Origin: Sminthopsis crassicaudata
Lineage: Eukaryota
Assembly (NCBI RefSeq): GCF_048593235.1
Contig: NC_133622.1
Span: 233,275,198 to 233,339,197 of the forward strand
Reading direction: 5' to 3'
DNA length: 64,000 nt
The position numbers were made by a program, and so were the translations under genes. Below, one piece after another: positions 13,067-24,725 of this stretch. Below the pieces are notes generated by a model. The model was not told the origin of the DNA, made no database searches, and saw only the letters and a list, made by a program, of their open reading frames with translations. Numbering within the stretch: position 1 is the stretch's first letter; each line of letters begins with the position of its first letter.

Positions 13067-13133
13067 CTTTGTAGTGACTGGAGGCTGGAGGAAAAGAACT
13101 TCACCTCAGAGATTCATTGCATCTCCTAGCATC

Positions 13134-14537
13134 ATGGAGGACTGGAAGAGGCTCAGAGAAGACAGAGCACTGGAGAATGGAGCACAAGCTCTGGGACTGA
13201 GACAGACTTCAAGAAAGAGACCCTGGAGGTCATCCTCCTCCTTGCTACCTCGAAAGCAAGACCCATTACAGAGGCCCTCCACAAAGGGGGGCCGGGCCCA
13301 GGCCCAGAACTGGAAGAGACTCGGCGAAGACAGAGGACTGGAGGCTGGAGAAGAAGCTCTGGGACTTGGACGGATTTCAAGAAAGAGACCCTGTAGGTCC
13401 TCCTCCTCCTTCCTCCACAGAAAGCAAGACCCATGCCAGAGGATCTCCAGAAAGCAGACCCAGGCCCACAACTGGAAGAGACTCGGGGAAGACAGAGGAC
13501 TGGAGGCTGGAGAAGAAGCTCTGGGACTGAGACATTCTTCAAGAAAGAGACTGTGGAGGTCATCCTCCTACTTCCTCCACAGCAACCAAGACCCATTGCA
13601 GAGGCCCTCAACAAAGGGGGCCCAGGCCCAGGCCCAGGCCCAGGCCCAGGCCCAGCATTGGAAGAGACTCGGCGAAGACAGAGGACTGGAGGCTGAAGCA
13701 CAAACTCTCGGACAGAGACAGGTTTCAAGAAAGAGACCCTGGAGGTCCTCCCCATCCTTCCTCCACAGAAAGCAAGATCCATGCCAGAGGATCTCCAGAA
13801 AGCAGACCCAGGCCCACAACTGGAAGAGACTCGGGGAAGACAGAGGACTGGAGGCCGGAGAAGAAGCTCTGGGACTGAGACATTCTTCAAGAAAGAGACT
13901 GTGGAGGTCATCCTCCTACTTCCTCCACAGCAACCAAGACCCATTGCAGAGGCCCTCCACAAAGGGGGCCCGGGCCCAGGCCCAGCACTGGAAGAGACTC
14001 GGGGAAGACAGAGGACTGGAGGCTGAAGCACAAACTCTCGGACAGAGACAGGTTTCAAGAAAGAGACCCTGGAGGTCCTCCTCATCCTTCCTCTACAGAA
14101 AGCAAGACCCTTGCCACAGGATCTCCAGAAATTGGCCCCGGACCCCAGGCAAGGAAACACACTGTGAAGGAGACACTAGACTTTTGGGGACTCCATCACC
14201 TGCCAATTCTCCTGGGGATTGCTCTGATGAAACCAAGAATACCCAAATGAACACAGAGCCACCCATCAAAGCAATTCTTCACCAGAAACTGATAGAAACT
14301 GGTGAACGACAACGACTTCAACAGTGGCTAAGAGCTCAATTGCTCCAGTGTGGTTGGAAAGATCAACTACAAGCTCATTGTCAAGATGTGATTCAGCAAA
14401 AAGGCCTAGAACAGGTGACTGTGGACAACTTGGTAGCAGAACTCACTCTCAAAGGCAGAGAGCTTGTACCCCACAGTTTGATGGAGGAACTTTTCCAAAG
14501 AGTAAAGACCTTCTTGGCTCAGCACGACAGACCTTAA
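13134..14537 (+). CDS. ENY2: ENY2-like chimeric retrogene, copy 1 (467 aa): six Arg/Ser-rich repeats plus C-terminal ENY2/Sus1 domain (14247..14537)
   Basis: The C-terminal 96 aa ([41 protein letters not shown]...EL.QR..TFLAQH) align without gaps to recalled human ENY2, ~60/96 identical, with no introns. The first ATG (ATCATGG, good Kozak) is at 13134; the track start at 13074 is GTG. This is a paralog, not the parental ENY2. Confidence 0.9.
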   Translation: MEDWKRLREDRALENGAQALGLRQTSRKRPWRSSSSLLPRKQDPLQRPSTKGGRAQAQNWKRLGEDRGLEAGEEALGLGRISRKRPCRSSSSFLHRKQDPCQRISRKQTQAHNWKRLGEDRGLEAGEEALGLRHSSRKRLWRSSSYFLHSNQDPLQRPSTKGAQAQAQAQAQAQHWKRLGEDRGLEAEAQTLGQRQVSRKRPWRSSPSFLHRKQDPCQRISRKQTQAHNWKRLGEDRGLEAGEEALGLRHSSRKRLWRSSSYFLHSNQDPLQRPSTKGARAQAQHWKRLGEDRGLEAEAQTLGQRQVSRKRPWRSSSSFLYRKQDPCHRISRNWPRTPGKETHCEGDTRLLGTPSPANSPGDCSDETKNTQMNTEPPIKAILHQKLIETGERQRLQQWLRAQLLQCGWKDQLQAHCQDVIQQKGLEQVTVDNLVAELTLKGRELVPHSLMEELFQRVKTFLAQHDRP

Positions 14538-14736
14538 GAGGGGGCCGAACATCAACACCATGTACTTTGACTTCTTGCATCCACAAAGAACAGACATGCC
14601 ATACCTTTGCAGGGCACTTGCTAAATTAGTCCTCTTTGGGTAGGATGCATTTTCCGTGTTTTCGTAGGATACTCTGTTGGATCCATTTTTTTCTCCAAGG
14701 TCATTTTTACAAGAAATCAATAAGAAAATATTTTAA

Positions 14737-14742
14737 AATAAA
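14737..14742 (+). terminator. Candidate polyadenylation signal AATAAA (repeated in each unit)
   Basis: First AATAAA ~200 nt after the stop, at the start of an AT-rich tract that contains several more. Confidence 0.4.
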
Positions 14743-15106
14743 AACAAAAATAACATAAAAATAAGAAACTATTTAATAAATTTTAAAATCATAGAATAAC
14801 TAATCATAAAAATCATAATATAAAATCATAACATAAAACATTTAAAATCAAAAGTAAATTTAAAAATTGAATAATCAGAAATACAATAAAAATCATAAAT
14901 AATAAAACTTTTAAAGTTTTCAAAATTACCTATTTCCACTCTCATAGTCTATGTTCTCTATTTTCAACTTTGAGCATTGACTATAAATGTTACCATCTTT
15001 CCCAAGAAAGATGGCCCATTACTCTTGTAACTGTCAGAAACACTGTCCCTTTGTCTCTTGTCCCCTCCCCCCTCAATACTAGCATTTAATAAGAGGATAT
15101 GTAAAT

Positions 15107-15167
<61 letters not shown>

Positions 15168-15740
15168 CCCAGGGAATAGGCCAAAATGTCTATCCAAATT
15201 CTTGCCTTCTTAAAGGGAGAAGGGCATTTAGGCAGAGAGAAAATTTAGAACTCAATATTATAAAAAACGAAAGTGAAAAGGTTCAGATAAAAGGAATTAA
15301 AGGAAGAAAAATATGTACAAAATAGAGAAAGTCCTCAGACATCACTCTAAATTCTCAATTAATCAGTAATAAGTTATTACATATTTACATTGAATGATAG
15401 GCTTTTGGATCTAGGTCTACTTTTCCTGCCATCCCAAGGATAGCAATATTCATGCTTCTTTTGTATATGCTCAGGATATCCAGGGGAGACTCAGTGATGG
15501 CCCATAGATCCCCTAATATCCTTCATCCCAGAGAGGTCAACAGCTGCTTGACTCACTCTCCTGGGTCCTGAGATTTCATTCAAGGGTGTAGAAGCCTTGA
15601 TCTTTTCAATCATCCCCCAATGTTACTCATGATTCCAAGCAAGATAGTGCTATGTGAAGCACAGGGAATAGCAAGAAAGATGAAAACAACTCTTTGTTCC
15701 CCTGAAAAATCCCATTTAATAAGTAAGACCATATGTATAT

Positions 15741-15789
<49 letters not shown>

Positions 15790-16019
15790 GTATATGCAAA
15801 AATCTCTATGCAAATTCTTGCCTTCCCAATGGCAAGAGGGGAAGTAGGCAGAGAGAAAATGTAGAAGTCAAGATTTTAAAACATGAAAGTTAAAATGTTC
15901 CTGTCTAACTAAGAAAAGACCAAAAAAACCTATTAATGGTTCTCTAATTTCACTAGGATTGATTTCATCTTACAACAAAGAATGGCTTCCTCTTGATATC
16001 ATGATGAGTTTTTCCTCAG

Positions 16020-17442
16020 TGTAGAGCCTCCTGGTGGCTGACCTGGCCTCCTGCTCCCCCCATCCCCCACTGAGACCCAGGCCAGTCTGAAAGGCTCTCA
16101 GCAAAGCTAAGTGGGCCCCAGGCAAGGAAACTAGACTTGGAAGGAAATCAAAAAGGATTTGCACTTGAACTTCTGGCTATTCTTGTGGTGATTCCCCAAC
16201 TGAAAGGAAGGTGGCTCCAAGACCTCCAGAAAACCATCCAAGAACTTGAGAGTTTGGGCGCCCAAAGTGGGGCTAAGCACCTACATGTGTGACCCAGAAA
16301 TTAAGGTGAGTACACAAACAGGCAAGAAGGAAACTCGGACAAGGGCTAACGTTGTATTTCAGCTGAAATGGGACAGGGGTTTAGAAAGGAGCCTTTTCCA
16401 CCTCAAGGAAAAGGTCTAGAAAGCATGGTGACACTGAAAAATGTTCAAGGTTTTCTGGTAATGGGGTCCAGGTCAGTGAAGTCTTTGAAATATTAAAAGA
16501 CACATCTCCTTGGTTCTCTAAGCACAAAGAATTCCATCCAGACCAAGGGAAAGGAGTAGGAGAGCAACTAAGTGAATATTACAATGAGAATGGTGCTCAT
16601 TCAATTCCTAAAGAAGCATTTTATACCTACACCTGAATCCAATTGGTCTGAGGAAATGATGTCTGCTCAAGAAGAAGGAAAAAGAAGAAAGAGCAGGAGG
16701 GGAAGGATACTGACAAACTAGGTGAAGAGCCTGAAGAATCAGGTAAGAATGGAGTGAAGTACAATTCTGATGAAATTAAGGAGAGTGGTGCTTCCCAGCA
16801 GGAGACATTAGGACATTCCCCAACCCCCCTGACCTACCCCCCACCCCCAGGAACCTATTATGGGTGGAGGGAGAAGGAGGAGGAGGAGGGGCAGGGACAG
16901 AATCAGCATCTCCTGTGAAGCAGTCTGTGACAAGATGGCAAAAGGCAAAAAGGGGGACAGGATATATCTGCTGGAATAGAAGAATACCCTGTGAGTGAAG
17001 ACTTTGATCCTTCAGATCAAGCAGGAGAAGATACACTCCTTTGGATGTGGGGAAAAAAAATCAAGGATTTGAAAAAGGGCTGTACTCTTTATGGGGCTTC
17101 TCATCTTAGGCGAAAATGGTGTTAGAGAATTTGGCTTTTGAAATGGTAACCCCTGGTGATGGCAAATGTATAGCAAGGGCATGTTGAGAACCTGGAAACA
17201 ACTTGTTGTGGCTTTTGGGCTATAGTGCACTTTGTAGGATACAAGCCAGGGAGGTCTGACCTGACCAAAGAAAGCAGGAGATGTTATGGGGCAGAAGTGA
17301 AATTGAACCAGGGAAGTGAATGATGGTGTCCTTGCCAGGTACTTAGTACATAATAGAGATTCCCCCCTAAGGCTACTGATGGGATTAGCATAGAGTATAT
17401 CAACTGGGACAATCACAGCCAGACATTCATTCTCTCTCTCAG
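16020..17442 (+). mobile_element. ERVK-like 5' remnant, unit 2
   Basis: Near-identical to unit 1; PBS at 16256. Confidence 0.85.
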
Positions 17443-17509
17443 CTTTGTAGTGACTGGAGGCTGGAGGAAAAGAACTTCACCTCAGAGATTCATTGCATCT
17501 TCTAGCATC

Positions 17510-18907
17510 ATGGAGGACTGGAAGAGGCTCAGAGAAGACAGAGCACTGGAGAATGGAGCACAAGCTCTGGGACTGAGACAGACTTCAAGAAAGAGACCCT
17601 GGAGGTCATCCTCCTCCTTGCTACCTCGAAAGCAAGACCCATTACAGAGGCCCTCCACAAAGGGGGGCCGGGCCCAGGCCCAGAACTGGAAGAGACTCGG
17701 GCAAGACAGAGGACTGGAGGCTGGAGAAGAAGCTCTGGGACTTGGACGGATTTCAAGAAAGAGACCCTGTAGGTCCTCCTCCTCCTTCCTCCACAGAAAG
17801 CAAGACCCATGCCAGAGGATCTCCAGAAAGCAGACCCAGGCCCACAACTGGAAGAGACTCGGGGAAGACAGAGGACTGGAGGCTGGAGAAGAAGCTCTGG
17901 GACTGAGACATTCTTCAAGAAAGAGACTGTGGAGGTCATCCTCCTACTTCCTCCACAGCAACCAAGACCCATTGCAGAGGCCCTCAACAAAGGGGGCCCA
18001 GGCCCAGGCCCAGGCCCAGGCCCAGCATTGGAAGAGACTCGGGGAAGACAGAGGACTGGAGGCTGAAGCACAAACTCTCGGACAGAGACAGGTTTCAAGA
18101 AAGAGACCCTGGAGGTCCTCCCCATCCTTCCTCCACAGAAAGCAAGATCCATGCCAGAGGATCTCCAGAAAGCAGACCCAGGCCCACAACTGGAAGAGAC
18201 TCGGGGAAGACAGAGGACTGGAGGCCGGAGAAGAAGCTCTGGGACTGAGACATTCTTCAAGAAAGAGACTGTGGAGGTCATCCTCCTACTTCCTCCACAG
18301 CAACCAAGACCCATTGCAGAGGCCCTCCACAAAGGGGGCCCGGGCCCAGGCCCAGCACTGGAAGAGACTCGGGGAAGACAGAGGACTGGAGGCTGAAGCA
18401 CAAACTCTCGGACAGAGACAGGTTTCAAGAAAGAGACCCTGGAGGTCCTCCTCATCCTTCCTCTACAGAAAGCAAGACCCTTGCCACAGGATCTCCAGAA
18501 ATTGGCCCCGGACCCCAGGCAAGGAAACACACTGTGAAGGAGACACTAGACTTTTGGGGACTCCATCACCTGCCAATTCTCCTGGGGATTGCTCTGATGA
18601 AACCAAGAATACCCAAATGAACACAGAGCCACCCATCAAAGCAATTCTTCACCAGAAACTGATAGAAACTGGTGAACGACAACGACTTCAACAGTGGCTA
18701 AGAGCTCAATTGCTCCAGTGTGGTTGGAAAGATCAACTACAAGCTCATTGTCAAGATGTGATTCAGCAAAAAAGCCTAGAACAGGTGACTGTGGACAACT
18801 TGGTAGCAGAACTCACTCTCAAAGGCAGAGAGCTTGTACCCCACAGTTTGATGGAGGAACTTTTCCAAAGAGTAAAGACCTTCTTGGCTCAGCACGACAG
18901 ACCTTAA
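17510..18907 (+). CDS. ENY2: ENY2-like chimeric retrogene, copy 2 (465 aa)
   Basis: Open ORF; private G>S change in the ENY2 domain (QQKSL). Confidence 0.9.
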   Translation: MEDWKRLREDRALENGAQALGLRQTSRKRPWRSSSSLLPRKQDPLQRPSTKGGRAQAQNWKRLGQDRGLEAGEEALGLGRISRKRPCRSSSSFLHRKQDPCQRISRKQTQAHNWKRLGEDRGLEAGEEALGLRHSSRKRLWRSSSYFLHSNQDPLQRPSTKGAQAQAQAQAQHWKRLGEDRGLEAEAQTLGQRQVSRKRPWRSSPSFLHRKQDPCQRISRKQTQAHNWKRLGEDRGLEAGEEALGLRHSSRKRLWRSSSYFLHSNQDPLQRPSTKGARAQAQHWKRLGEDRGLEAEAQTLGQRQVSRKRPWRSSSSFLYRKQDPCHRISRNWPRTPGKETHCEGDTRLLGTPSPANSPGDCSDETKNTQMNTEPPIKAILHQKLIETGERQRLQQWLRAQLLQCGWKDQLQAHCQDVIQQKSLEQVTVDNLVAELTLKGRELVPHSLMEELFQRVKTFLAQHDRP

Positions 18908-19476
18908 GAGGGGGCCGAACATCAACACCATGTACTTTGACTTCTTGCATCCACAAAGAACAGACATGCCATACCTTTGCAGGGCACTTGCTAAATTAGT
19001 CCTCTTTGGGTAGGATGCATTTTCCGTGTTTTCGTAGGATACTCTGTTGGATCCATTTTTTTCTCCAAGGTCATTTTTACAAGAAATCAATAAGAAAATA
19101 TTTTAAAATAAAAACAAAAATAACATAAAAATAAGAAACTATTTAATAAATTTTAAAATCATAGAATAACTAATCATAAAAATCATAATATAAAATCATA
19201 ACATAAAACATTTAAAATCAAAAGTAAATTTAAAAATTGAATAATCAGAAATACAATAAAAATCATAAATAATAAAACTTTTAAAGTTTTCAAAATTACC
19301 TATTTCCACTCTCATAGTCTATGTTCTCTATTTTCAACTTTGAGCATTGACTATAAATGTTACCATCTTTCCCAAGAAAGATGGCCCATTACTCTTGTAA
19401 CTGTCAGAAACACTGTCCCTTTGTCTCTTGTCCCCTCCCCCCTCAATACTAGCATTTAATAAGAGGATATGTAAAT

Positions 19477-19521
<45 letters not shown>

Positions 19522-20094
19522 CCCAGGGAATAGGCCAAAATGTCTATCCAAATTCTTGCCTTCTTAAAGGGAGAAGGGCATTTAGGCAGAGAGAAAATTT
19601 AGAACTCAATATTATAAAAAACGAAAGTGAAAAGGTTCAGATAAAAGGAATTAAAGGAAGAAAAATATGTACAAAATAGAGAAAGTCCTCAGACATCACT
19701 CTAAATTCTCAATTAATCAGTAATAAGTTATTACATATTTACATTGAATGATAGGCTTTTGGATCTAGGTCTACTTTTCCTGCCATCCCAAGGATAGCAA
19801 TATTCATGCTTCTTTTGTATATGCTCAGGATATCCAGGGAAGACTCAGTGATGGCCCATAGATCCCCTAATATCCTTCATCCCAGAGAGGTCAACAGCTG
19901 CTTGACTCACTCTCCTGGGTCCTGAGATTTCATTCAAGGGTGTAGAAGCCTTGATCTTTTCAATCATCCCCCAATGTTACTCATGATTCCAAGCAAGATA
20001 GTGCTATGTGAAGCACAGGGGATAGCAAGAAAGATGAAAACAACTCTTTGTTCCCCTGAAAAATCCCATTTAATAAGTAAGACCATATGTATAT

Positions 20095-20135
<41 letters not shown>

Positions 20136-20365
20136 GTATATGCAAAAATCTCTATGCAAATTCTTGCCTTCCCAATGGCAAGAGGGGAAGTAGGCAGAGA
20201 GAAAATGTAGAAGTCAAGATTTTAAAACATGAAAGTTAAAATGTTCCTGTCTAACTAAGAAAAGACCAAAAAAACCTATTAATGGTTCTCTAATTTCACT
20301 AGGATTGATTTCATCTTACAACAAAGAATGGCTTCCTCTTGATATCATGATGAGTTTTTCCTCAG

Positions 20366-21788
20366 TGTAGAGCCTCCTGGTGGCTGACCTGGCCTCCTGC
20401 TCCCCCCATCCCCCACTGAGACCCAGGCCAGTCTGAAAGGCTCTCAGCAAAGCTAAGTGGGCCCCAGGCAAGGAAACTAGACTTGGAAGGAAATCAAAAA
20501 GGATTTGCACTTGAACTTCTGGCTATTCTTGTGGTGATTCCCCAACTGAAAGGAAGGTGGCTCCAAGACCTCCAGAAAACCATCCAAGAACTTGAGAGTT
20601 TGGGCGCCCAAAGTGGGGCTAAGCACCTACATGTGTGACCCAGAAATTAAGGTGAGTACACAAACAGGCAAGAAGGAAACTCGGACAAGGGTTAACGTTG
20701 TATTTCAGCTGAAATGGGACAGGGGTTTAGAAAGGAGCCTTTTCCACCTCAAGGAAAAGGTCTAGAAAGCATGGTGACACTGAAAAATGTTCAAGGTTTT
20801 CTGGTAATGGGGTCCAGGTCAGTGAAGTCTTTGAAATATTAAAAGACACATCTCCTTGGTTCTCTAAGCACAAAGAATTCCATCCAGACCAAGGGAAAGG
20901 AGTAGGAGAGCAACTAAGTGAATATTACAATGAGAATGGTGCTCATTCAATTCCTAAAGAAGCATTTTATACCTACACCTGAATCCAATTGGTCTGAGGA
21001 AATGATGTCTGCTCAAGAAGAAGGAAAAAGAAGAAAGAGCAGGAGGGGAAGGATACTGACAAACTAGGTGAAGAGCCTGAAGAATCAGGTAAGAATGGAG
21101 TGAAGTACAATTCTGATGAAATTAAGGAGAGTGGTGCTTCCCAGCAGGAGACATTAGGACATTCCCCAACCCCCCTGACCTACCCCCCACCCCCAGGAAC
21201 CTATTATGGGTGGAGGGAGAAGGAGGAGGAGGAGGGGCAGGGACAGAATCAGCATCTCCTGTGAAGCAGTCTGTGACAAGATGGCAAAAGGCAAAAAGGG
21301 GGACAGGATATATCTGCTGGAATAGAAGAATACCCTGTGAGTGAAGACTTTGATCCTTCAGATCAAGCAGGAGAAGATACACTCCTTTGGATGTGGGGAA
21401 AAAAAATCAAGGATTTGAAAAAGGGCTGTACTCTTTATGGGGCTTCTCATCTTAGGCGAAAATGGTGTTAGAGAATTTGGCTTTTGAAATGGTAACCCCT
21501 GGTGATGGCAAATGTATAGCAAGGGCATGTTGAGAACCTGGAAACAACTTGTTGTGGCTTTTGGGCTATAGTGCACTTTGTAGGATACAAGCCAGGGAGG
21601 TCTGACCTGACCTAAGAAAGCAGGAGATGTTATGGGGCAGAAGTGAAATTGAACCAGGGAAGTGAATGATGGTGTCCTTGCCAGGTACTTAGTACATAAT
21701 AGAGATTCCCCCCTAAGGCTACTGATGGGATTAGCATAGAGTATATCAACTGGGACAATCACAGCCAGACATTCATTCTCTCTCTCAG
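20366..21788 (+). mobile_element. ERVK-like 5' remnant, unit 3
   Basis: Near-identical to unit 1; PBS at 20602. Confidence 0.85.
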
Positions 21789-21855
21789 CTTTGTAGTGAC
21801 TGGAGGCTGGAGGAAAAGAACTTCACCTCAGAGATTCATTGCATCTCCTAGCATC

Positions 21856-23253
21856 ATGGAGGACTGGAAGAGGCTCAGAGAAGACAGAGCACTGGAGAAT
21901 GGAGCACAAGCTCTGGGACTGAGACAGACTTCAAGAAAGAGACCCTGGAGGTCATCCTCCTCCTTGCTATCTCGAAAGCAAGACCCATTACAGAGGCCCT
22001 CCACAAAGGGGGGCCGGGCCCAGGCCCAGAACTGGAAGAGACTCGGGCAAGACAGAGGACTGGAGGCTGGAGAAGAAGCTCTGGGACTTGGACGGATTTC
22101 AAGAAAGAGACCCTGTAGGTCCTCCTCCTCCTTCCTCCACAGAAAGCAAGACCCATGCCAGAGGATCTCCAGAAAGCAGACCCAGGCCCACAACTGGAAG
22201 AGACTCGGGGAAGACAGAGGACTGGAGGCTGGAGAAGAAGCTCTGGGACTGAGACATTCTTCAAGAAAGAGACTGTGGAGGTCATCCTCCTACTTCCTCC
22301 ACAGCAACCAAGACCCATTGCAGAGGCCCTCAACAAAGGGGGCCCAGGCCCAGGCCCAGGCCCAGGCCCAGCATTGGAAGAGACTCGGCGAAGACAGAGG
22401 ACTGGAGGCTGAAGCACAAACTCTCGGACAGAGACAGGTTTCAAGAAAGAGACCCTGGAGGTCCTCCCCATCCTTCCTCCACAGAAAGCAAGATCCATGC
22501 CAGAGGATCTCCAGAAAGCAGACCCAGGCCCACAACTGGAAGAGACTCGGGGAAGACAGAGGACTGGAGGCCGGAGAAGAAGCTCTGGGACTGAGACATT
22601 CTTCAAGAAAGAGACTGTGGAGGTCATCCTCCTACTTCCTCCACAGCAACCAAGACCCATTGCAGAGGCCCTCCACAAAGGGGGCCCGGGCCCAGGCCCA
22701 GCACTGGAAGAGACTCGGGGAAGACAGAGGACTGGAGGCTGAAGCACAAACTCTCGGACAGAGACAGGTTTCAAGAAAGAGACCCTGGAGGTCCTCCTCA
22801 TCCTTCCTCTACAGAAAGCAAGACCCTTGCCACAGGATCTCCAGAAATTGGCCCCGGACCCCAGGCAAGGAAACACACTGTGAAGGAGACACTAGACTTT
22901 TGGGGACTCCATCACCTGCCAATTCTCCTGGGGATTGCTCTGATGAAACCAAGAATACCCAAATGAACACAGAGCCACCCATCAAAGCAATTCTTCACCA
23001 GAAACTGATAGAAACTGGTGAACGACAACGACTTCAACAGTGGCTAAGAGCTCAATTGCTCCAGTGTGGTTGGAAAGATCAACTACAAGCTCATTGTCAA
23101 GATGTGATTCAGCAAAAAGGCCTAGAACAGGTGACTGTGGACAACTTGGTAGCAGAACTCACTCTCAAAGGCAGAGAGCTTGTACCCCACAGTTTGATGG
23201 AGGAACTTTTCCAAAGAGTAAAGACCTTCTTGGCTCAGCACGACAGACCTTAA
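21856..23253 (+). CDS. ENY2: ENY2-like chimeric retrogene, copy 3 (465 aa)
   Basis: Open ORF; private P>S change in repeat 1 (LLSRK). Confidence 0.9.
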   Translation: MEDWKRLREDRALENGAQALGLRQTSRKRPWRSSSSLLSRKQDPLQRPSTKGGRAQAQNWKRLGQDRGLEAGEEALGLGRISRKRPCRSSSSFLHRKQDPCQRISRKQTQAHNWKRLGEDRGLEAGEEALGLRHSSRKRLWRSSSYFLHSNQDPLQRPSTKGAQAQAQAQAQHWKRLGEDRGLEAEAQTLGQRQVSRKRPWRSSPSFLHRKQDPCQRISRKQTQAHNWKRLGEDRGLEAGEEALGLRHSSRKRLWRSSSYFLHSNQDPLQRPSTKGARAQAQHWKRLGEDRGLEAEAQTLGQRQVSRKRPWRSSSSFLYRKQDPCHRISRNWPRTPGKETHCEGDTRLLGTPSPANSPGDCSDETKNTQMNTEPPIKAILHQKLIETGERQRLQQWLRAQLLQCGWKDQLQAHCQDVIQQKGLEQVTVDNLVAELTLKGRELVPHSLMEELFQRVKTFLAQHDRP

Positions 23254-23822
23254 GAGGGGGCCGAACATCAACACCATGTACTTTGACTTCTTGCATCCAC
23301 AAAGAACAGACATGCCATACCTTTGCAGGGCACTTGCTAAATTAGTCCTCTTTGGGTAGGATGCATTTTCCGTGTTTTCGTAGGATACTCTGTTGGATCC
23401 ATTTTTTTCTCCAAGGTCATTTTTACAAGAAATCAATAAGAAAATATTTTAAAATAAAAACAAAAATAACATAAAAATAAGAAACTATTTAATAAATTTT
23501 AAAATCATAGAATAACTAATCATAAAAATCATAATATAAAATCATAACATAAAACATTTAAAATCAAAAGTAAATTTAAAAATTGAATAATCAGAAATAC
23601 AATAAAAATCATAAATAATAAAACTTTTAAAGTTTTCAAAATTAACTATTTCCACTCTCATAGTCTATGTTCTCTATTTTCAACTTTGAGCATTGACTAT
23701 AAATGTTACCATCTTTCCCAAGAAAGATGGCCCATTACTCTTGTAACTGTCAGAAACACTGTCCCTTTGTCTCTTGTCCCCTCCCCCCTCAATACTAGCA
23801 TTTAATAAGAGGATATGTAAAT

Positions 23823-23873
<51 letters not shown>

Positions 23874-24446
23874 CCCAGGGAATAGGCCAAAATGTCTATC
23901 CAAATTCTTGCCTTCTTAAAGGGAGAAGGGCATTTAGGCAGAGAGAAAATTTAGAACTCAATATTATAAAAAACGAAAGTGAAAAGGTTCAGATAAAAGG
24001 AATTAAAGGAAGAAAAATATGTACAAAATAGAGAAAGTCCTCAGACATCACTCTAAATTCTCAATTAATCAGTAATAAGTTATTACATATTTACATTGAA
24101 TGATAGGCTTTTGGATCTAGGTCTACTTTTCCTGCCATCCCAAGGATAGCAATATTCATGCTTCTTTTGTATATGCTCAGGATATCCAGGGAAGACTCAG
24201 TGATGGCCCATAGATCCCCTAATATCCTTCATCCCAGAGAGGTCAACAGCTGCTTGACTCACTCTCCTGGGTCCTGAGATTTCATTCAAGGGTGTAGAAG
24301 CCTTGATCTTTTCAATCATCCCCCAATGTTACTCATGATTCCAAGCAAGATAGTGCTATGTGAAGCACAGGGGATAGCAAGAAAGATGAAAACAACTCTT
24401 TGTTCCCCTGAAAAATCCCATTTAATAAGTAAGACCATATGTATAT

Positions 24447-24495
<49 letters not shown>

Positions 24496-24725
24496 GTATA
24501 TGCAAAAATCTCTATGCAAATTCTTGCCTTCCCAATGGCAAGAGGGGAAGTAGGCAGAGAGAAAATGTAGAAGTCAAGATTTTAAAACATGAAAGTTAAA
24601 ATGTTCCTGTCTAACTAAGAAAAGACCAAAAAAACCTATTAATGGTTCTCTAATTTCACTAGGATTGATTTCATCTTACAACAAAGAATGGCTTCCTCTT
24701 GATATCATGATGAGTTTTTCCTCAG

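Noticed and set aside
13074-13133. ORF-track start at GTG
   Set aside because: Non-ATG start directly after a splice acceptor; the first ATG with good Kozak context is 13134.
13137-13340. WKRLGE repeat motif resembling betaretroviral MA (DWKRVG)
   Set aside because: Only 4-5 residues match and the rest of the repeat is unrelated; not enough to claim a Gag origin.
13153-14160. 333-335 aa antisense ORF and 81-121 aa alternative-frame ORFs (WAWAWA, GPGPGP) in every unit
   Set aside because: Shadows of the repetitive sense ORF; no recognisable homology or splice/Kozak support.
13134-14160. CRISPR-like or satellite interpretation of the ~165-bp repeats
   Set aside because: Eukaryotic DNA; the repeats are coding, contiguous and lack unique spacers.
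14324-14629. 101-aa ORF MAKSS... overlapping the ENY2 domain
   Set aside because: Same length as ENY2 by coincidence; it is an alternative frame with no similarity.
14700-14930. A-rich tract as the retrocopy's poly(A) tail
   Set aside because: A homologous AT-rich tract exists in both palindrome arms without ENY2, so it is flank-derived; no TSD was found.
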